In this document: piece after piece, positions 29,201 through 35,849 of the stretch
Layout: each line of letters starts with the position of its first letter
Position numbering within the stretch: position 1 is the first letter of the stretch
Assembly: GCA_964473825.1 (NCBI GenBank)
Contig: CAYYQL010000006.1
Location: forward strand, 1 to 64,000
Direction: 5' to 3'
Source: an uncultured archaeon
GTDB lineage: Archaea > Asgardarchaeota > Thorarchaeia > Thorarchaeales > Thorarchaeaceae
DNA: 64,000 bases
Translations under genes and position numbers: made by a program
The notes under the pieces: model-generated
Told to the model about the DNA's origin: nothing
Databases searched by the model: none
The model's input: only the letters and a program-made list of their open reading frames with translations

Positions 29201-30036
29201 ATATTGTCAATAACCCTTGTTGTCAATGATAGGTCAGCAAGAGTGGGAAGACCATATGTGTTGCGAATAGAAACCGGTGCTAGACTGCCCTCTAGAGCGC
29301 TTGCGGCCATATTGGCCAGATCTTGCTGCTCAAAGGTAATCTCAAAGCTGATGAGAACATGTTCACCCGTGGGCGCCTCCAAGAGTGGGCTGAAGAGCAG
29401 AGTGCCATAATCATCCGTTTCTAGATCGTACCGCACCAGCCTAGATTCTGCATCTGGCTGATAGCTTCCGGTTTCAACATGCCCCGTTGTGAACGAGTCT
29501 TCGATGACCAAGATAACGGGAAAGAGGGTGGGTAGTTCTATCTCACCAACATTGGGGCCTGCCGTCACATTGATGACGATGGTGTATATCTCATTACCAA
29601 GTAATTCTGCCTGAGCTCGAGTGATGATCTCAGGCCCCACGTCACGGATTGAGTCCCCCAGGGTTTTCCCCCAGCTCGAACCGTCGTATTCGTCATATGC
29701 TCCAGTCCGCCATAACTGAGGGGGTTGGTCGGGATACGCGTAGAAGACCACGTCATCTAAGTGATCAAGAATGTCGGGGGGGAGCTCTTGGTCCATGGGA
29801 ATATCTGTGTAGTTGACATTCTCAAACCAGTTTGACTGCCCTCCAGCCCAGCTTATGTCATAGGGCCAAGGAGCGACATCATCATACTCTTCATGTGGAG
29901 TGTTCGTCCGAACTGCCCCCATCTGTATCACAATGAAGGTGTTTGCAGCCCATACGATTGTCAAGAGAAGAAAGATAGAGCTGAGAATGGTTGTGATACC
30001 CATCTTACGTTTGGGCTTGACTTCGGCGGCACTCAC
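23227..30036 (-). CDS. Giant surface protein: TM, transglutaminase-like core (degenerate), about 15 Ig-like repeats, TM, DUF4129-like tail
   Basis: WRTGAYDEYDGSSW; DFATAYCVFMRYLDIPARIAKGY; FWAEVF; about 100-aa repeats with T[ND]xxG[YF]; ETAREYL...YEEARFS. Confidence 0.85.
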   Translation of the reverse strand: MSAAEVKPKRKMGITTILSSIFLLLTIVWAANTFIVIQMGAVRTNTPHEEYDDVAPWPYDISWAGGQSNWFENVNYTDIPMDQELPPDILDHLDDVVFYAYPDQPPQLWRTGAYDEYDGSSWGKTLGDSIRDVGPEIITRAQAELLGNEIYTIVINVTAGPNVGEIELPTLFPVILVIEDSFTTGHVETGSYQPDAESRLVRYDLETDDYGTLLFSPLLEAPTGEHVLISFEITFEQQDLANMAASALEGSLAPVSIRNTYGLPTLADLSLTTRVIDNITQFEDVGDNAFQTASVVESYFRSTFELMIEEPEVFERPDSGQEVTDWFLERGGGLPMDFATAYCVFMRYLDIPARIAKGYAIGDAQDGYRVLKVKHMMFWAEVFIPMSESSEGGEWRQILPIPLPPDMGGDEIPENVEQGDVQLWVWANVPEGWIEIGDEFTLSALLMVNYVPVSTSEFIVFRDLTDNMLLGSTMIEQGSELPLANITYSYEPGATPGLHNITATYHASTYDVQNFTLLYVVAQPDPLQPLPSSFDSVFSPAETIDMNLKLGSDNYTGAWDDTVYAHGLMTVGGEPVDGTTLNNDQMQIMWDETWMGNATIQADGTYELDIFVDPADSRMAPGTHEVWSSYAGEYNDEGIPILLPARSAENSTITLSGKIEIALTVTPTSAYPGAELLYDGIAEMLNGTPLSSETINMFFDGVLVDSDSTNSTGGFSGSYTIPAGQETGTYDAVANWTTTLSGILGNWSNTVQIEVTIRASSLTIDSTPRAPEVVHPYQNITIFGYLTDVLNGSGLVGQEVDIYWDNGTTPQLIGTVDTTGGGYYELNYTVPVGYLGPVTYWSEFISTDPEYDGSRSSNMTISVEKWITEVLIDVDETTLHPLEYVNITGNVSVPEMGALLGGAPVTIWWGNSTGPHNLTVVLTDGGNGQYQFTHQVPLNHGYETFSIWAEFAPDSDVFANDISDNVTITVTYYPTAVSVFSNSTYYHLNETVYVWGQLQFTNGTPISGATIDIYWDNGTLQQTFQRLTNSTGWYNFTYELDTSDGPSTVNLTVAFTSWSRLYGNSSNTLTPDITLQLYQLNLNANTDNTEYHLDETITFSGTLTFDENGAPISGATVTIYYQNSTSTYQYTRLTESAGAFTFFYNLSVGSDSFETVRLWASYNSSKPDLWADAQSANRDVDLIPYELTLTTSTNSTSYHLNETIWVYGQLAFLDGTGIAGEDVTLYWDWGDGTIDSYPALTTNSSGFFNFSYTCSPTTNSPGAVTVWAEYTSTEALWGNASSAPGAGFDLVLYQPTFSMDVPAAVYLDETLVIQGNLTYSSGTPPLTDADVRIYLFEGDSWVLLGTVQTNSSGGFRYLYNFTLGVQSEGSYDFKCNYTSTSPLDANATTSLLTVNAQRYLVNLDISISSSSVKLNESLSIYVHLYFSNGTDISGENVTIWWYNGTDYVIDWVLTDANGESTFVHTGFQEHTQWVGIEIYATFAGTLLLSTNESVHEPLQLEQWQTLISGFMTGGSTDYYISDYVPLNGTLFYDLSGPDVPYAYVTLQIIFDGNNVGTVSTDSDGYFYILWQIPQSTSPGRYDIWIELQPTENWIAGTVSDVSTLNISAMTIVWTIGATPSVVYREHSLNITGTMVLDNGTPYSFVDVDIYWDHSSDTEGQILLGTVQTDINGVFQYVFTLDSTTPLGTTVVWAYCLPPDSFVSPSQSDSISIDIQLIPVAIAADSISSSLYRGEDVIVTGTLSFGNGTAMAGYTVELVWDGSVEAASPTNSSGGFTLSYEIPWDHWLGDVPFVVRFVSPSVAYEDAQTSPQILQVRDLVVIVLDEQSVFTLERGDTLTITGTASNEGGAAVDVTISVYANGSSTGQSAVTDTAGEFSIDILIPQDAQAAIYEITVAAESSYVDVESNPDIWTVEIHLRSELSVDLLTNEDVMAGETIQIDIRLLDEDGNAIDGTVLLFLNDTEVESRRINSLSWTTITITIPLDWSRASGRYFVNLAYNGGGLINGDEVQSTEAVHVFIGADLDNTTPERIQFGDDLIISGTLYNDGSSTRLPIAGRTLVISIGGQEETVITDSDGNFSHKWLGQLGNGSITYTITILSDANNMTVGSYTLQIQTNTGGFMQSFIDILVPSIALAGAVIVVLLYLYYVKGMFRSPTKRTGMDIPSKLRNIKKLAGAGKYAQSITLAYRTFEQMCGMKIGSERLASETAREYLDRVLKSLPLESTDAERFMYIYEEARFSGSEISRETYEEAVRIFTDIYPRIDVGAMSE

Positions 30037-30229
30037 CAGGCTTTCACTCTCATAGACTCAGCGTGCACATTCTCGTTGTGGGAGATGGCGGTCTCTGACT
30101 AGTCCGGTTCGATGTATCTTCCTGAGGATTAAAGGATTTCTTGTCCAGTCTCAATACGATCGTCAAAGAGGACGCCTCAAGAGCGAAAGAGCCAAGAAAC
30201 CGAGATCTTGCTAGAAGATAGGACGGTGA

Positions 30230-30844
30230 ATGGCCTTGAACGATTATATTGAAATGATTCATGAGAGAGTCAAAGCTGCATTACAGGGTAATGAGCTAGG
30301 AGCACATACCTATGACCATTCATTACGCGTTCTCGAGATTGCTCTCAGAATAGGTCATGAAGAAGGTGCTAATCTGAGGGTTTTATCTGCAGCTGCACTG
30401 CTCCACGACATCGGTCGAGTAAGAGAGGGGGAGACTGGTACATCCCACGCCGTCCTGTCAGGACAGATGGCACGACCAGTCCTAGAAGAAGCAGGTTATG
30501 CAGATGAGGAGGTTTCTCTTGTCGTTGACGCAATCAGAACACATCGCTTCAGCGAAGGACTGAGTCCAAACACTCTGGAGGGGGAGATATTGAGTGATGC
30601 GGATAAGCTGGATGCTATGGGGGCCATAGGAGCATATCGTGCAATTGCTCAATCGGCAGTCACTGGTGTTGGCATGGAGGGCTTCTTGAAACACGCAGAT
30701 GAGAAACTGCTTCGCCTCTATGAACTCCTCTATACTCAGACAGCGAAGCAGCTAGGCAAACAGCGACATCGCATCCTAGAGCTGCTTGTTGAAGAGATGA
30801 GAAGAGAAGTCGCTTCCGCAGAACAGACTATGATTCACGACTGA
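30230..30844 (+). CDS. HD domain phosphohydrolase
   Basis: HTYDHSLRV, LHDIGR, DADKLDAMGAIG. Confidence 0.9.
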   Translation: MALNDYIEMIHERVKAALQGNELGAHTYDHSLRVLEIALRIGHEEGANLRVLSAAALLHDIGRVREGETGTSHAVLSGQMARPVLEEAGYADEEVSLVVDAIRTHRFSEGLSPNTLEGEILSDADKLDAMGAIGAYRAIAQSAVTGVGMEGFLKHADEKLLRLYELLYTQTAKQLGKQRHRILELLVEEMRREVASAEQTMIHD

Positions 30845-31406
30845 GTAGCAGTTCCAGATAAGACAGTCGGATTGAACGCTCGGGATCCAATCCCAAGATC
30901 TCTGCCAGTTCAAGCAGATGGTCTCGTTTCTCTTCAATCTGAGACTTGTACTCGGTCTCGGTCTCGAGTTCTATGAAATGGCCGAGAGAGTCCACTCTAT
31001 CCACTGAAACATGAGCGTCCTTCAAGAGGTAGTCGTGCCGCTCCTTGCGCACTGTATAGACCTTGGTGAATCCCAATGCGAGCAGTAATGACTCAGCACA
31101 CTCTCGGCTGTCAACAGGCACCGAAAGCTCAGCTCTTGTCTTGGACTTGTCATCAACCTTGGGACCCTTATAGGTCAACTCGATATGAGGGGGTGAGTTC
31201 GTCCTTGCATCGTTTTCCGGACGCTGATATCTGATTCGTAGAGCCTCATCAGTCTCGGCAAAGGTCCGACAGGGATGATCATAGTAGGTATCCTCCTGAA
31301 AGACTGATTCAGTCCTTTTCCCGCCTGCATCCATTAACCGTTCTATCACGTCTTCTACCTGATTTTCGAACACTCTGAACTTGGTTTCGACTTCGAACAC
31401 ATTCAT
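30828..31406 (-). CDS. cyaB: Class IV adenylate cyclase / CYTH domain protein
   Basis: EVETKFR, ALRIR, LTYKGPK, FIELE; GGTGA SD before ATG 31406. Confidence 0.85.
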   Translation of the reverse strand: MNVFEVETKFRVFENQVEDVIERLMDAGGKRTESVFQEDTYYDHPCRTFAETDEALRIRYQRPENDARTNSPPHIELTYKGPKVDDKSKTRAELSVPVDSRECAESLLLALGFTKVYTVRKERHDYLLKDAHVSVDRVDSLGHFIELETETEYKSQIEEKRDHLLELAEILGLDPERSIRLSYLELLLSRES

Positions 31407-31511
31407 GTAGGTCACCTTGTTCTCAAGACTCATGTGCGCCGTATCCGTCGTTGCACCGAGGCCGTAACTCACTTAACCATGCATATATGTCGTCCATATG
31501 TTGGTGACGGT

Positions 31512-32759
31512 TTGGTCAAATACAAGCAAATACAGTGTGCGGGATGTGGAAAGACCTATGACTTCAATGAAGTGCCCCCCAATGATGGGTGCGGAGGAAG
31601 GATAGACTTCCATCTCGACATCGACACACTCCGGAATGTCATCGAGAAAGAACGAAACAAAACGACTGGCGGTATATGGAAGTACTTTGATTTCTTGCCG
31701 CTCCGTCACAGAGACAGCGGGTTGACTCTGGGAGAAGGTAACACGCCATTGGTGAGGAGTCAAAGACTTGCCGAGTATCTCGGAGTGAAGAATCTACACT
31801 TGAAAATCGAAACAATGAATCCCTCCGGATCATTCAAGGACAGACCAATCTGTGTCGGCGTGAGCCGTGCTGCAGAAGATGGGGTGAAGACTGTAGCTGC
31901 GGCATCGTCAGGAAATGCCGCTGCTTCCATGGCAACTTATGCCGCTCGAGCAGGGCTTGATGCCGTTGTTCTTGTACCCGAAAAGACACCAGCTGGCAAG
32001 ACAGTACATCTGCAGACACTGGGAGCCCACGTCTTTAGGGTCAGGAAAGAAGACGAGGGCGTGGATCCAACAACCACGCTCCTGAAAAAAGCGTGCAATG
32101 AGTTTGGCTGGGTACCGATTCCGTCCTTCGGACCTTTCAATTGCTTTCAGTTCGAGGGAAACAAGACGATAGGATATGAAGTGTCAGAGCAGATGGAGTG
32201 GGAACCCCCAGAGTGGGTGCTCTTTCCCACAGGTAGTGGGGGGCTGATGGCAGGTACTATGAAGGGGTTCGTCGAATACGAACAGCTTGGCTTCATAGAA
32301 GATATACCACGACCTGTTGTGGTTCAACCAGAGGGCTGTTCACCCATAGTGCGTGCCTTTCAAGACCAGGTTGAGCCAGATAATATTATACCCTGGGACT
32401 CGAATGAAACTGTTGCGGGAGGCCTCGCAGACCCCTTCCCCTGGGATGGGGACGCAGCGCTCAAGTACCTAGATGAACTGGAGGGGCAGGCGGTTTCAGT
32501 CACTGATGAGAAGATAAAGGAGTATATGCTTCGTCTTGCCACCCTTGAGGGAATATTCGCGGAACCAAGCGGAGTCGCAGCACTGGCAGGTCTTGAGATT
32601 CTGCTGTCTGATGGCGTCATCAATTCAAGAGATTCAATATTGGTGCCAATAACGGGTTCAGGATTCAAAGATCTCGCCCTCGCTCAGACCCTTACTACTG
32701 AGGCTCCTGTAATCAGACCAAGAACAGAAGATCTCAACAAGCATCTTGGAGTGGACTAG
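31512..32759 (+). CDS. thrC: Threonine synthase
   Basis: LGEGNTPL, NPSGSFKDR (PLP Lys), ASSGNAAAS, PTGSGG, TGSGFKD. Confidence 0.88.
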   Translation: MVKYKQIQCAGCGKTYDFNEVPPNDGCGGRIDFHLDIDTLRNVIEKERNKTTGGIWKYFDFLPLRHRDSGLTLGEGNTPLVRSQRLAEYLGVKNLHLKIETMNPSGSFKDRPICVGVSRAAEDGVKTVAAASSGNAAASMATYAARAGLDAVVLVPEKTPAGKTVHLQTLGAHVFRVRKEDEGVDPTTTLLKKACNEFGWVPIPSFGPFNCFQFEGNKTIGYEVSEQMEWEPPEWVLFPTGSGGLMAGTMKGFVEYEQLGFIEDIPRPVVVQPEGCSPIVRAFQDQVEPDNIIPWDSNETVAGGLADPFPWDGDAALKYLDELEGQAVSVTDEKIKEYMLRLATLEGIFAEPSGVAALAGLEILLSDGVINSRDSILVPITGSGFKDLALAQTLTTEAPVIRPRTEDLNKHLGVD

Positions 32760-32760
32760 C

Positions 32761-33210
32761 ATGAATGCTGAGATGAAGCAATTCATGGATGAGGCAATCC
32801 GAGAAGCAGAGAGGAGCCTAGAAGAGGGCGGAATTCCTATTGGCTCGGTTCTAGTGATTGATGGAGATATAGTTGGAAAGGGACACAACAGACGCATACA
32901 GAAAGGAAGCGCCATTCTTCATGCAGAGATGGACTGTCTTGAAAATGCGGGCAGATTGTCTGCCTCCAAGTATAGACGCTCTACTCTCTATTCCACATTA
33001 TCGCCTTGCGATATGTGTAGCGGAGCGGTATTGCTGTACAGAATACCCAAGGTTGTAATCGGTGAGAACAAGAATTTCAGCGGGCCCGAAGACTATCTGA
33101 GAGAGCGAGGCGTCAACGTGGTCGTCCTCGACGATAGAGAGTGTGTTACGCTGATGGAGAGCTTCATCAAATCCAGACCGGATGTCTGGAGAGAGGACAT
33201 TGGAGAGTGA
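32761..33210 (+). CDS. Cytosine/nucleoside deaminase
   Basis: HAEMDCLENAGR, TLSPCDMC zinc motifs. Confidence 0.9.
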   Translation: MNAEMKQFMDEAIREAERSLEEGGIPIGSVLVIDGDIVGKGHNRRIQKGSAILHAEMDCLENAGRLSASKYRRSTLYSTLSPCDMCSGAVLLYRIPKVVIGENKNFSGPEDYLRERGVNVVVLDDRECVTLMESFIKSRPDVWREDIGE

Positions 33211-33243
33211 GGCTCTCCGAATTGCGCTCGGTGGTAGTGGTTC

Positions 33244-34212
33244 ATGAAGACAAGAGATAGGAAACAGAAAGCGAGGGAGTTGGCTCAGAGATTCGGATAT
33301 CTTCCCTACATGACCGAGAGATACCTGGCTCTATGGGGAGAGAACGAAACAATCGAATTCCTACAGGCATGTGAGAAGCCCCCTAGAACATCAATTCGAG
33401 TCAACACTCTGAAGACTGGAAAGAAGGAGCTCATGGAAGCACTCGACAAAAAGGATGTGGCTCTGGAGGAGATTTCATGGCTCGAAGAGGGCCTATATGC
33501 CGACTTCCAAGGATTCTCCCCAGGTTCACTCACAGAGTACATGCTAGGACACTACTATGTCCAAGGAGTCCCTTCGATGGCTGTGGTGAAGGCGCTTGAC
33601 CCTAGACCAGACGAAACTGTCTTCGACCTGGCAGCTGCACCGGGAGGGAAGACAACTCATATTGCTCAGCTGATGGATAACTCAGGGAAGGTCGTTGCCA
33701 TCGAACAGGACCGTGAGAGAATCAGGAGCCTTGAAAGCAACATTCTCCGTTGCGGAGTGAAGAATTCGATTGTTCTAAGAGGAGATGCCCGCAAACTAGA
33801 TGAGCTTGAAATAGAACCGGACAGGATTCTGTTGGATGCTCCCTGTTCCGGGGAGGGGCTCCTAGCAGTTGACCCCGAACGTAAGACCAGCAAGAGCATG
33901 GCGGATATCAGATTCTGCGCTACTATCGAGGATCAACTCCTTGACGCAGCAGTCCAATCTCTCCGTTCAGGAGGGGTTATTCTCTACTCAACATGTTCGA
34001 TTGCTCCTGAGGAGGGCGAGTATATTGTGGATGGAATGCTGCGTAAGCATCCAAATCTCAAACTCATTGACATTGAACCGAAGATGGGTGTGCCTGCGTT
34101 CACATCTCCATATGGTGTACAGATGGACGAGTCATTAGAGAAGGCAAGACGGTTGCTACCGCACCTACACGGAACTGAGGGGTTTTTCATTTGCAAGATG
34201 ATGAAGGATTGA
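33244..34212 (+). CDS. NOL1/NOP2/Sun RNA m5C methyltransferase
   Basis: DLAAAPGGKT, LLDAPCSGEG, YSTCS. Confidence 0.93.
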   Translation: MKTRDRKQKARELAQRFGYLPYMTERYLALWGENETIEFLQACEKPPRTSIRVNTLKTGKKELMEALDKKDVALEEISWLEEGLYADFQGFSPGSLTEYMLGHYYVQGVPSMAVVKALDPRPDETVFDLAAAPGGKTTHIAQLMDNSGKVVAIEQDRERIRSLESNILRCGVKNSIVLRGDARKLDELEIEPDRILLDAPCSGEGLLAVDPERKTSKSMADIRFCATIEDQLLDAAVQSLRSGGVILYSTCSIAPEEGEYIVDGMLRKHPNLKLIDIEPKMGVPAFTSPYGVQMDESLEKARRLLPHLHGTEGFFICKMMKD

Positions 34213-34268
34213 AATGATCATGAAATGGATCTCAACAACTCCGCAACCAGATCAGAAAAGAAAGACGG

Positions 34269-34817
34269 GTGAGATGCATGGTTAGTCTTATTGAACCCCA
34301 CTTCTGGGATGACATTAAGAGCCAGGTTGATAGAGACTTCGGAGAAGGAGTGACACAGAGACTACTGGGAAAGAGAGCCCCAGTGGTCATCGATCGTGGA
34401 AAGAAGCAGTCGGTCTATTTCATCCCAATGGATTGGGTTCATCTCGTTGACTCTGATTTTGGGAGATTCAGGCTTCGATGCCTTGGGACTTGGCTCGGCG
34501 AAATGTCGGGAGATACGTTAATGCTCAGCATCGGCATACTTGCAGAACTAGACCCTCTAACTGAGAGCAAGATAACAGTACATAGAAGGGGTGCAGAGGC
34601 CTTCACCTACGGAAGAAGCATTCTAAAGGAGTCTGTGTTCTCTCTTCCGAGTCATCTAAGCCGCGGACAACGTGTCCTTGTCATCGATGAACATGGTGCC
34701 TGTATTGGAATGGCTGCTCTGGCCATTGACGCAACACTTCTTGACCGTTTGGGACAGGAGAAGCTTGTGGCCAAGAATCTCGTTGATATCGGCTGGTATC
34801 TAAGACGCTATAGTTAG
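34269..34817 (+). CDS. Nip7-like PUA-domain ribosome biogenesis protein
   Basis: LGTWLG, AEAFTYGRSILKES, NLVDIGWYLR. Confidence 0.75.
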   Translation: MRCMVSLIEPHFWDDIKSQVDRDFGEGVTQRLLGKRAPVVIDRGKKQSVYFIPMDWVHLVDSDFGRFRLRCLGTWLGEMSGDTLMLSIGILAELDPLTESKITVHRRGAEAFTYGRSILKESVFSLPSHLSRGQRVLVIDEHGACIGMAALAIDATLLDRLGQEKLVAKNLVDIGWYLRRYS

Positions 34818-35557
34818 ACGAACATGTCCGTGGAACGGTCTTCGGACTCTATGGACTTTCGCATCTTTTCCAAGCGTTCAATCTCTTTGCTCTCCTCGAG
34901 GAGCTGGTCTACGTCTGCATCCAACCCGTATACTTCATTGATCTTGCCGAGCATGGTAGCTGCTGAGCGTGGATCGGGCCTACCGCGAGTGGCATAGGTC
35001 AAGAGGCCAAGCGCTGGTGCGTTGCGCATTTCAAGTTCGGCCAGAAGGAGAGCCAAGGGTCCGGCCACGAATAGACCTTCCTCCAAGACTGGAACGTTCC
35101 ACTTTTCCAGCTGGGGAGCATAGGCGGATGTGGGAACGCATCGCATATCCTCATCATCTTCTTGGAAACTGGCATCCAGCCCTCCCAGAAGAAGTATGTC
35201 CGCGAATTGATGTGTGCTGATCCATTCAGCAAGACGGCCGACAAAATTCCATTGTTCTGACTGATGAGGCTGGAAACGCGGGACTAGGAATACAATCTTC
35301 TCGTGGATATATATCTCGAAGGGTAGAACTAGTTTCTCATCTTCTATGGAAACAAAGAGGGGTAGCATATCGCTACGTATGAAGCCAATTTGTTGAGCAT
35401 CGAGTGTCCGAGCCAGATGTGCAGTGCTCAAGAATCCGACTTCGCCAAGTCCGTGAAATCCACATACAAATGTAGCATTCTTGGGTATCTTGACCCCATC
35501 CTTCAGAATTATCTCGAAATGTGAATCCCTTGTTGATACGAATGCCATTACGGTCAA
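34814..35557 (-). CDS. PAC2-family proteasome assembly chaperone
   Basis: GFHGLGEVGFL, LLGG, GPLALLL, PDPRSA. Confidence 0.85.
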   Translation of the reverse strand: MTVMAFVSTRDSHFEIILKDGVKIPKNATFVCGFHGLGEVGFLSTAHLARTLDAQQIGFIRSDMLPLFVSIEDEKLVLPFEIYIHEKIVFLVPRFQPHQSEQWNFVGRLAEWISTHQFADILLLGGLDASFQEDDEDMRCVPTSAYAPQLEKWNVPVLEEGLFVAGPLALLLAELEMRNAPALGLLTYATRGRPDPRSAATMLGKINEVYGLDADVDQLLEESKEIERLEKMRKSIESEDRSTDMFV

Positions 35558-35849
35558 ACCTCATGTCTTCAAATGGACAGTCTCACGTAGACTATCAGTG
35601 TTCATTAAGGAGCCACTGAGGACGTCCTTTTGTATCTGTGTATAATGCAGTTCTTGCAAGTATCATTGAGAATCGCCCGTCAGAAACTTCTCTATTCCGC
35701 CAGTACCCATCAGCATTCGCAGACCGAATCGCTCACTTTCTTCATTCATTGGAGACCCGGACTTTTTGTCGAGAGAGTATGCGAAAAACTAATAGCACTT
35801 GATAACCTCTACTATATAGTAGATATGCTATCAGGGGGGCGAAACCACC

